Assembly (NCBI GenBank): GCA_963692945.1
Contig: OY843585.1
Coordinates: 1,350,001 to 1,382,000 of the forward strand
Length of the DNA: 32,000 nucleotides
Source of the DNA: Bdellovibrionales bacterium
GTDB lineage: Bacteria > Bdellovibrionota > Bdellovibrionia > Bdellovibrionales > UBA1609
Reading direction: 5' to 3'
The notes under the pieces were generated by a model. The model had not been told where the DNA came from. It was given only the letters and a program-made list of their open reading frames with translations, and did no database searches. Below are positions 25,723 to 32,000 of the stretch, piece after piece (the first letter of the stretch is position 1; each line of letters starts with the position of its first letter). The translations under genes and the position numbers were made by a program.

Positions 25723-26569
25723 AATCTTTTTTATTAAAATCACTATATTTTTTAAAAGATTTTTTCTTATCAGATTTAAGTTTTCTTTCTATTTTTTTAA
25801 CATCTTCTTCTGGTGCCAAGCTTTCAGGTGCAATGCCTCGTTCAATTAAAGTTTTCCTAACGCTTTGATTGTTGGTGATATGTTCATTTGATATTTCCTT
25901 TTCGTTTTCCATCTGATTAGTTTTTGCATTAAAAATTGTAATTTCTGTAGCAAAATCCTTGGCTTTTAAAATAAGAGTTGGAGCAAAATCTGATAGAGCT
26001 CGCCCTTTAGGAACTCTCCACTTTTGTTTCATTTGTTCTGTTGTATAGCTAAACAAAGCTTTATCTCCTTTGGAGCGAATGACTCCAAAGTTTTTATCAC
26101 TTCCTGTTTGTTGAAAAATAACACTTGAAAGCTCTCTTTCTGTGTCTGCTAGTTTTTTTCGAGCTGACACCCTTTCTGATTCTAGTAATTTTTGTTGAAT
26201 GATTTCAAATTTTCTCGTTTGAACAGCAAAATAAGTTTGAGCAAAGGCAATTTTTTCTTTACGAGAATCTCCATTTTGAGCAATAAGATAGCAGGCATAG
26301 CGAGTAAGCATAAGCTCATCTATTGTCTTTTCAGCTCCTTTAGGCATTTTGATCGTTTTCCCGACGTCGGTAAAATGATCGGAGACTTGATGATCTGATA
26401 GCTCACAAGCTGTTTTTGCCCTAGAAATAACATCTTTAAAATTATCCCATTTTTCATAACCTAATAGATGCTGTAAATCACGAGCTAGCCAAAATTCCAC
26501 TCCATTTTCTGTCTGGTTGGCATGAGACTCAAAGTCTTTTGTTAAGGATTGGATAAGTTCGCTTTTCAT
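25718..26569 (-). CDS. dinD: DNA-damage-inducible protein D (DinD) family protein
   Basis: 283 aa. FWLARDLQHLLGYEKWDNFKDVISRAKTACE, LTRYACYLIAQNGD and AQTYFAVQTRK match my memory of E. coli DinD (FWSARELAPLLDYRDWRNF..., LSRYACYLVVQNGD, GQTYFAIQTRR). SD taaggag. Confidence 0.7.
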   Translation of the reverse strand: MKSELIQSLTKDFESHANQTENGVEFWLARDLQHLLGYEKWDNFKDVISRAKTACELSDHQVSDHFTDVGKTIKMPKGAEKTIDELMLTRYACYLIAQNGDSRKEKIAFAQTYFAVQTRKFEIIQQKLLESERVSARKKLADTERELSSVIFQQTGSDKNFGVIRSKGDKALFSYTTEQMKQKWRVPKGRALSDFAPTLILKAKDFATEITIFNAKTNQMENEKEISNEHITNNQSVRKTLIERGIAPESLAPEEDVKKIERKLKSDKKKSFKKYSDFNKKDS

Positions 26570-26806
26570 AAAACTCCTTAATGTTTTATCCTAGGTCACT
26601 TATTTTATATTAAAAATATATTAAAAAGCAATTTATGGGTTCTAGAAAAAAGTAAGAATCCATTTTAGAGGGTTTTTAGAGAGAATTTAAGAAGTATGTC
26701 TATACCCCCCACAAGCTGAAAAAGCCCTATAAATTTAAAAGGTTTTAAGTAGAAAATTTTTGATAGCTAGATGAAAGAAAATCACAAAGTATTGTAAAAT
26801 ATCTCT

Positions 26807-27056
26807 GCATTATTTTTGCAGTATTGTGCAGAGTGATCTTTTCGGAAATCACGAGAATTTGAATGAAATTGAGTGAAACTGCAGGAAAATCAAAGAGCCA
26901 ACTTTGTGGTTGATTTTTGTTGAATTTGAAAGCCCAATGCTTTCGTTTTTTTGTCACTCAAGAGGGGACAAATTCCTCATATTTTTTTAAGTTTTTTTAG
27001 CCTAGTTAAAAAGGCTTTTTTTTTAAAGTAGAGGAACTCCTCACCTTTTTTTAAAT
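26807..27056 (+). repeat. Modular intergenic repeat, copy A (W-X-spacer-Y)
   Basis: W at 26807-26918. X at 26919-26952 (hairpin gaaagc 26928-33 / gctttc 26939-44 + T7). 35-nt spacer. Y at 26988-27056 (agcct 26999-27003 / aggct 27012-16 + T8, then gaggaactcctc + T7). Confidence 0.9.
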
Positions 27057-27200
27057 CATTAATATCAGGTTGTAGCGTAATGGCTTCCTAAACGAACATT
27101 AATAGAGTGTGTACAGGTTGTTTTTATACCAGAAGTTTGAATCAAGAAAGTTTATTTTATGCCGATAAGAATATTAATGAAGCAAGCTTAAGGAGTTTTT

Positions 27201-28505
27201 ATGTTCTTTTTTTTAGGTATTTCAATTTTTACTATGCTTTTTCTTAGAAGGCACAATTTAATAAAAAACCACAAACTTATTCTAAATAAAACATTAAAAA
27301 AAACTGATCCTAAAAAAGTTAAAAACCTTAGTTTAAACCTTAAGAAAACATTATTTTTTTCAGGAGCTTTAGGAGCTGATAGTTTATTTAACTATCTTTA
27401 TCAACTAAGTAAAATTGATTCAAATTTCTTAGATGCAATTAAAAGTGTTCATGGAAACTCTCAAAACTTAGATAGTAGTTTAGATGTTATAAACTATGTT
27501 AAAACAGATATTATTCATGATGGTCTTCAATTACATGAAGTTCATAAATATAAAGGCTATGTAGGAGAAAAGGCACATTTTGATTATCTAAGGGCAGAAG
27601 GTCATGAAGTTGAAGTTCCTGATACTCCAAATCAAGAAGGTTATGATGCTATTGTAGATGGTGAAAAAGTTAATATAAAAGTTAGTGATAGCGAAGATTA
27701 CATTCAAAACCATTTAGATGAAAATCTTGATATACCAGTTCATACAGGATCTGAACTAGATCAAATAGATAATGTAGTAGGTTTTGATCATCTATCAAAT
27801 ACTACTATAGAATCTGCAACTGAAGCTGGATTTGAAGACATTGATTCTTTTGGAAAAACAGGAATTCCTTTTATAACTATTGGTTTATCAGGTTACCGTA
27901 ATTTTAAAAAAGTAAAAAATGGAGACAAGGATGCTCTAACAGGTTTAGAACATACAGCAACAGATGTTGTAGGCTTGATAGGTGGATTAGCTATTGGAAA
28001 AGCAGTTATACCAATCCCAATTGTAGGTGCTGTTATTGGAGGATTAGTTGGAAAAAAAATTGGAGACTTATTCAAAGGCAGGCATTTTAGAAAGGCTGAC
28101 AATGAATTCAAAAATCTATGCATATCTATGGCAAATAAATTTCCAAAAAGAGTAGAAAGTATTTCTAATAAGGCTTATGAAATTAATAAGAGCAGGAAAT
28201 CAAAGATCAAAAAACAAGCTGATCAAAATATTTTAATACAATTTTTTAATCCAAACCTTAAAACTACATTTATTAAACTAGCCACAAAGCAAAATGATAA
28301 AGAAGAAAAGCAATTTATCTCTAAGCTAGAAGATATAAAACAACAGATAGAATCTACTGAAGATGATAAGTTATTTAACTTAGGGTATAAGTTATCTCAA
28401 ACAAGAGAATCTTTATTTTTAGGAGATTCTGAGCTTACAAAATTATCTAAAAAAATTAATCGCAAAATCCAAATTGTTGAGAAAGAAAAACGAAAAGCAA
28501 GTTAA
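27201..28505 (+). CDS. Membrane protein of unknown function: N-terminal TM, PD-(D/E)xK-like segment, glycine-zipper TM hairpin, C-terminal coiled coil
   Basis: 434 aa with SD aaggag at 27190-95. GYVGEKAHFDYLRAEGHEVEVPDTPNQEGYDAIVDGEKVNIKVS resembles Mrr/NERD-type nuclease cores. VVGLIGGLAIGKAVIPIPIVGAVIGGLVGKKIG is a glycine zipper. K/E-rich C-terminus. Confidence 0.7.
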   Translation: MFFFLGISIFTMLFLRRHNLIKNHKLILNKTLKKTDPKKVKNLSLNLKKTLFFSGALGADSLFNYLYQLSKIDSNFLDAIKSVHGNSQNLDSSLDVINYVKTDIIHDGLQLHEVHKYKGYVGEKAHFDYLRAEGHEVEVPDTPNQEGYDAIVDGEKVNIKVSDSEDYIQNHLDENLDIPVHTGSELDQIDNVVGFDHLSNTTIESATEAGFEDIDSFGKTGIPFITIGLSGYRNFKKVKNGDKDALTGLEHTATDVVGLIGGLAIGKAVIPIPIVGAVIGGLVGKKIGDLFKGRHFRKADNEFKNLCISMANKFPKRVESISNKAYEINKSRKSKIKKQADQNILIQFFNPNLKTTFIKLATKQNDKEEKQFISKLEDIKQQIESTEDDKLFNLGYKLSQTRESLFLGDSELTKLSKKINRKIQIVEKEKRKAS

Positions 28506-28830
28506 GTTAAAGTTTTTTAATTACTTGATTGTATAAAGAGAAAAAGGGATTCCTTTTTTCTAAGTTAAATCGTGATAGATGTTAAAAAGATCTTCTTTTG
28601 ATAACGAGTGATCGTCTAGAAAAGATTTTGAAGTATTGTACATCTTATCTAAATAGTAGCTATGGTTTTAAAATACTCTTTTTTAAAAAGATTAAAAATC
28701 CCTTTTCCTAGAAGATGAAAAAATGTGTCTATAAACATTTGAAACTTTTTTCCTTGATTTTTTGAGTTTTATTTTGAAGTAAATTAAAAAGAATACAAAG
28801 AAGAGATCCTAAAAAAGTTACAATAACATT

Positions 28831-29008
28831 GCATTATTTTTGCAGTGATTGTGCAGAGTGATTTTTTCGGAAATCACGAGAATTTGAATGAAATTGAAGG
28901 AAAACTAAAAGCTAATATCGTGGTTGATTTTTGTTGAATTTGAAAGCTCAAAACTCAAAGCCCAATGCCCAATGCCCAATGCCCAATGCCCAATGCTTTC
29001 GTTTTTTT
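28831..29008 (+). repeat. Modular intergenic repeat, copy B (W-X, X loop expanded)
   Basis: W at 28831-28932. X at 28933-29008, with gcccaat x5 (28960-28994) inside the hairpin loop, then gctttc + T7. Confidence 0.9.
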
Positions 29009-29072
29009 AAGTAGATACTTTGAAATATTGTTTTGGTTTACTTTAGCAAGATGTTATATTTATATATAATTT

Positions 29073-29417
29073 ATGAGTGAAAAAATAAATCAATTGATAG
29101 TAAGTGTTTTAACTGTGATAGTAGCATCCTTTGTTTCAGCATTTGTGGCTATACAAATTGCTAAATACCAAATTGATAAACAAATTGAAATTAAAAAAAA
29201 AGAATTTCAAATTATGGGAAGAGAGTTTGACGTTATAGATAAATTAATTAAAGACAAACAAGATATAGATCAAAAAATAAACTTAATTTCAAATAATATA
29301 CTCGGCATTTTGACAGGAAGAAATGAAGGAAACCTCAAACTTCTAAGAGCAAAGGCATCTCAACTTAAAGAGAGAAAAATCAGAATCATAGAAGAGATTA
29401 AGTATCGAAGAAAATGA
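29073..29417 (+). CDS. Small single-pass membrane protein with coiled-coil tail, unknown function
   Basis: 114 aa. TM segment LIVSVLTVIVASFVSAFVAIQIA, then a K/E/Q/I-rich helical region. Convergent with the RT gene, 100 bp apart. Confidence 0.55.
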   Translation: MSEKINQLIVSVLTVIVASFVSAFVAIQIAKYQIDKQIEIKKKEFQIMGREFDVIDKLIKDKQDIDQKINLISNNILGILTGRNEGNLKLLRAKASQLKERKIRIIEEIKYRRK

Positions 29418-29517
29418 GATTTCTTCTATGATTCTGATTATTTATGATGATTCAATTTATTATTGAGATATAGAAAATTTATTAAAGAAGAGATGAAGGA
29501 GAATTTTTTAAATCCAA

Positions 29518-31284
29518 TCATAAGATCTCTTTTTTCTTTTTAATAAATTTTCTATAAAATAATGGATAAAATTTACGAAACTCTAAGGGAGTTTCCTTTT
29601 GATAGTTTGTAATATACTTATCATGTAATCGATTCCAAAATTCCCTGTCTGAATTTTTTATAAAACATAAATATCCTTGGATATGTCGAATTTTCTGCTG
29701 ATGCTTGTTTTTTTCATAATCTCTGAGAAGTTTTTTTATATAATTTTTTCTACTTCTTCCTAAAGATATTTTTCCTTCTGGAGTCAGATACAAGCCAGTT
29801 ATTTTTCTTTGACCTTTTTTTGACATATGAAAAGTTTTTTTGTTATTGATTTTTAAATTCAAAGGATAAGGTATTTCTTTTAAAAGATCTTTCACTTTTT
29901 GTTCTAAGACATTTAATTGGTTAGATTTAGAATATGAAAACGTAAGATCATCTCCATATCTTGAATAAGTTATACCTAAATTTTCACTATATTTGAATAT
30001 ATTTTCATCGAAGGAATAAAGAAGAATATTTGATATAACTGGAGAAGTACTAGATCCTATAGGTAGAGGATAATCTTCATTTTTCAAAGAATTATCTTTG
30101 AAAACTATATCACAAATCAACTTTTTATATCCTTTAAAATGATTTTTACTTTCTAAATATTTTAAGAAGTCTGATCTTTTTATAGATGAAAAAAAATTCT
30201 TAAAATCTAATTTTAAAAGAAACTGATTTTTTTGATGTCGTTCTATATTTCTTCTTATACTGTTTTTTTTGATATAAGCTGTTGCAGATGTATGAACAGG
30301 AAAAATATGGTTACAATCTAATATTCTTGTTTTTAATATTTTTTGTAAACTTTTTAGATTCTCATCTGGTTCTTTATAATGCTCTCTTTGAGAATATGAA
30401 AAGCAGTCTGGACTTATAAAATTTTTGATATATTTTAATAGGATTAAATCACTTTCTTCCTCTCTTTCTGTTTGAATAATAGTATGATGTAAAATACTCA
30501 TTTTATTTAATATAGAGCTATCACTTCTTATCAAGCTAAGGTATTTTGTTTGATTGAAATCAGTTTCTTCAACTATAAATTTAAAAGCTTTCAGCATTTT
30601 TAGATGGTTATCTAATTTATCTATGTATTTAGTTAGTTTAGTATCTTTTTTAACCTCTTGATATATTTCCTCTTTAGTTTTCCATTCACATAAAATCCCT
30701 ATAAGAAAAAAATATAGAGATGTTAAATTATTTGTATTTATTTCTATGTTATAATCTGCTTTATTTCTAAAATTAAAAATTTCTTTAAAAACTTTTTCTT
30801 TATGGGATTCATTGCTTTGATCATAGTAAATAATTCTTTCTTTTTCTTTAAGAAATATATCTTCTAATATTGCTTTTTTTATAAATGAGTTTTTTTTACA
30901 ATGTTTTTCATCTACTATAATAAGTAATTTCTTTTTTAACTTAGGATTGCAGAAAAAAGCTCCAGTTTCCACCAGTGCTCCATGACCTTCTAAAAAAATG
31001 GGAATAACTGAAGATAACTCTGCAATTTCCATCTCAAATTCAAATAAGTTATTATATCCAGCATTTTCTTCTTTTAAACATTTTTCCCATAAAGTTTCAA
31101 TTTGCTCTGCTAGGATAATTCTTTTGTCAGAAAAAATATTCTCATCGTCTTTGTTGGTAATGAAAACATCTTTATATGTAGATTTTACATGCTTAAGAAA
31201 TGCATTTCTCATAGAATCTGAACAATTAGAACCGCATAAAAATGCAGTATTAGGCAATCTACCTAAGATATGTTTTTTATTCAT
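29518..31284 (-). CDS. Retron-type reverse transcriptase (C-terminal ~300 aa) fused to a ~290-aa N-terminal Rossmann-like + wHTH-like region
   Basis: 588 aa. RT motifs: SIRRNIERH (retron NAxxH-like), LLKLDFKNFFSSI (motif 1/2), LPIGSSTSPVISNILL (motif 3/4), YSRYGDDLTFS (YxDD), QRKITGLYLTPEGKISLGR (retron VTG-like). The N-terminus has AFLCGSN and PIFLEGHGALVETGAF. Confidence 0.85.
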   Translation of the reverse strand: MNKKHILGRLPNTAFLCGSNCSDSMRNAFLKHVKSTYKDVFITNKDDENIFSDKRIILAEQIETLWEKCLKEENAGYNNLFEFEMEIAELSSVIPIFLEGHGALVETGAFFCNPKLKKKLLIIVDEKHCKKNSFIKKAILEDIFLKEKERIIYYDQSNESHKEKVFKEIFNFRNKADYNIEINTNNLTSLYFFLIGILCEWKTKEEIYQEVKKDTKLTKYIDKLDNHLKMLKAFKFIVEETDFNQTKYLSLIRSDSSILNKMSILHHTIIQTEREEESDLILLKYIKNFISPDCFSYSQREHYKEPDENLKSLQKILKTRILDCNHIFPVHTSATAYIKKNSIRRNIERHQKNQFLLKLDFKNFFSSIKRSDFLKYLESKNHFKGYKKLICDIVFKDNSLKNEDYPLPIGSSTSPVISNILLYSFDENIFKYSENLGITYSRYGDDLTFSYSKSNQLNVLEQKVKDLLKEIPYPLNLKINNKKTFHMSKKGQRKITGLYLTPEGKISLGRSRKNYIKKLLRDYEKNKHQQKIRHIQGYLCFIKNSDREFWNRLHDKYITNYQKETPLEFRKFYPLFYRKFIKKKKEIL

Positions 31285-31297
31285 TTACAAACTCTAT

Positions 31298-31327
31298 AAA
31301 AAATATAAAACCCCTCTTAATAAGGGG
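31298..31327 (-). terminator. Terminator/attenuator-like hairpin immediately upstream of the RT start codon
   Basis: Minus strand reads cccct-tattaag-agggg (31327-31311), followed by ttttatatttttt (31310-31298). The RT ATG is at 31284. Confidence 0.4.
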
Positions 31328-31590
31328 AAGTATATTGAAAACATGAAGTATTTAAAACTGTTTGCAGATATATTCTACCAACACATTAAAAATACTTTAT
31401 TACAAAATACCTGTCAAGATTAGTCGGAAAGTGACAAAAAAGTCAATGACCCTGTGATTGTATCTCTATAGCGATACCTTCTTTTAGATTTTTTTGCTAT
31501 TCTCTATCTTTAATAGATGTTGAAAGAAAGAAGGAAGTCCAAAAATTCCCCTTTTTTTTAATTCATATTTCTAATAGTTATAAGATGATT
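31306..31590 (-). ncRNA. Candidate RT-associated non-coding RNA (retron msr-msd-like) region, boundaries uncertain
   Basis: ~350 nt without a credible ORF upstream of a retron-type RT. Promoter-like TTGAAA-N17-TATGTT (31626-31598, minus). 8-nt inverted pair aaggggaa (31553-31546) / ttcccctt (31329-31322) as a possible a1/a2. These matches are not statistically compelling in AT-rich DNA. Confidence 0.25.
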
Positions 31591-31634
31591 AAAAAAGAAC
31601 ATAAAAAAGGCTCTAATAAGTTTCAAAGAATATT

Positions 31635-31910
31635 GCGTTAATTTTTGCAGTGATTGTGCAGTGATTAGACAGTGATTTTTTCGGAAATCACGAGATTTTG
31701 AATGAAATTGAAGGAAACTGGAGGAAAATCAAAGAGCCAGCTTTGTGGCTGGTTTTGTTGAATTTGAAAGCCCAATGCTTTCGTTTTTTTAAGTTTTTTT
31801 AGGCTAGTTAAAAAGGCTTTTTTTTAAAGCAGAGGAACTCCTCTCTATTTTTAAACTTCTTTGCTTGGATATATTTTTTAGCTTTTAAAAAAGTTATAAA
31901 AGTTTTTCAA
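31635..31910 (+). repeat. Modular intergenic repeat, copy C (W-X-Y)
   Basis: W at 31635-31756 (three cagtgatt boxes). X at 31757-31790 (gaaagc 31766-71 / gctttc 31777-82 + T7). Y at 31791 to about 31910; its first hairpin is broken by aggct in place of agcct. Confidence 0.9.
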
Positions 31911-32000
31911 AATCTCTAGTAGCAACCACCAAGACTCGGGACACACAATGATTTCTTTAAAAAAACAACTTGAGTTATAATTTAACGGCAATTAAAATTT

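Noticed and set aside
25546-25743. 65-aa Lys-rich minus-strand ORF
   Set aside because: It lies entirely within repeat copy D (hairpins and T/A runs). The corresponding sequence in copies A and C is not kept open.
26919-26952. Integron attC interpretation of module X (gttgaat fits the GTTRRRY core)
   Set aside because: I could not find the required inverted RYYYAAC partner (attcaac-like) in W or X. Cassette genes are in mixed orientation, and no IntI-type integrase is in the window. It is kept only as a loose analogy in the repeat finding.
26745-26957. 70-aa minus-strand ORF (GTG start) spanning W-X of repeat copy A
   Set aside because: The same frame in copy C hits a stop (..KKRKHWAFKFNKTSHKAGSLIFLQFPSISFKIS*) and lacks a start. 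In copy B it is disrupted by the heptamer expansion and divergence. The element is therefore noncoding on that strand.
27068-27098. tRNA-like fragment (gtagcgtaatggc) and other GC-richer patches checked for tRNA/tmRNA genes as island integration targets
   Set aside because: No acceptor stem, anticodon arm or T-arm (gttcgaatc-type) could be assembled around it or elsewhere in the window.
905-28123. Short ORFs from the track lying antisense or out of frame inside well-supported genes (905-1096, 2155-2340, 3509-3691, 7668-7874, 10745-11056, 11788-12252, 12903-13091, 13646-13837, 14263-14589, 16485-16673, 17720-18255, 19420-19650, 26192-26398, 27893-28123)
   Set aside because: Each overlaps a gene with clear family motifs. 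They have low-complexity or odd composition and no SD, as expected for chance ORFs opposite real genes.
28960-28994. CRISPR-like or other array reading of the gcccaat x5 repeat
   Set aside because: The 7-bp units are contiguous with no spacers. This is a microsatellite-type expansion inside a hairpin loop.
29518-31284. Group II intron or LINE-like origin of the RT
   Set aside because: No maturase (X) or endonuclease region follows the RT domain. The protein ends about 90 aa after the YGDD motif. The NxxxH and ITG motifs fit retron RTs instead.
30998-31423. 141-aa plus-strand ORF overlapping the 5' end of the RT gene
   Set aside because: It is antisense to a motif-supported gene and extends into the AT-rich upstream region. 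It has no SD or recognisable motifs.
31635-31790. Module W-X of copy C as the retron msr-msd of the adjacent RT
   Set aside because: The hairpin + T-run polarity indicates plus-strand orientation, opposite to the RT. It starts about 350 nt from the RT start codon. No flanking a1/a2-type inverted repeat was found, and two further copies occur without an RT. It is not excluded as a trans-acting RNA, but it is unsupported.

Overview
Visibly AT-rich bacterial chromosomal DNA. I saw no rRNA, tRNA or CRISPR array, and the taxon cannot be assigned from the sequence alone. All functional calls come from motif recognition by eye; no searches were run.

Core block (1 to 21.2 kb): a partner-switching trio (membrane PP2C phosphatase, STAS antagonist, RsbW-like kinase); a Lys-repeat histone-H1-like protein with an acidic tail; a receiver-less bEBP-like AAA+ regulator; a Xer-type tyrosine recombinase; recG; lysS; a class-I aldolase; an Nfu-type Fe-S protein; two lipoproteins; a nuoB-CD-E-F-G-I operon lacking every membrane-arm subunit; and a HAD hydrolase.

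Accessory block (21.2 kb to the window end), a defence-island-like mosaic with no integrase or transposase in view:
(i) a 1.8-kb insert bracketed by 102-bp direct repeats that copy the HAD gene 3' end, carrying a split, order-inverted HipA-like kinase module;
(ii) a ~640-bp tandem duplication encoding two secreted paralogues that differ almost only by non-synonymous changes;
(iii) brnA plus a decayed brnT;
(iv) dinD;
(v) gene cassettes separated by four copies of a modular structured repeat (modules W, X, Y) built around terminator-like hairpins;
(vi) a retron-type reverse transcriptase fused to a ~290-aa N-terminal domain, with a ~350-nt non-coding upstream region.

The best candidates for something new are the RT fusion together with the repeat-delimited cassette array, and the inverted split HipA-like module.
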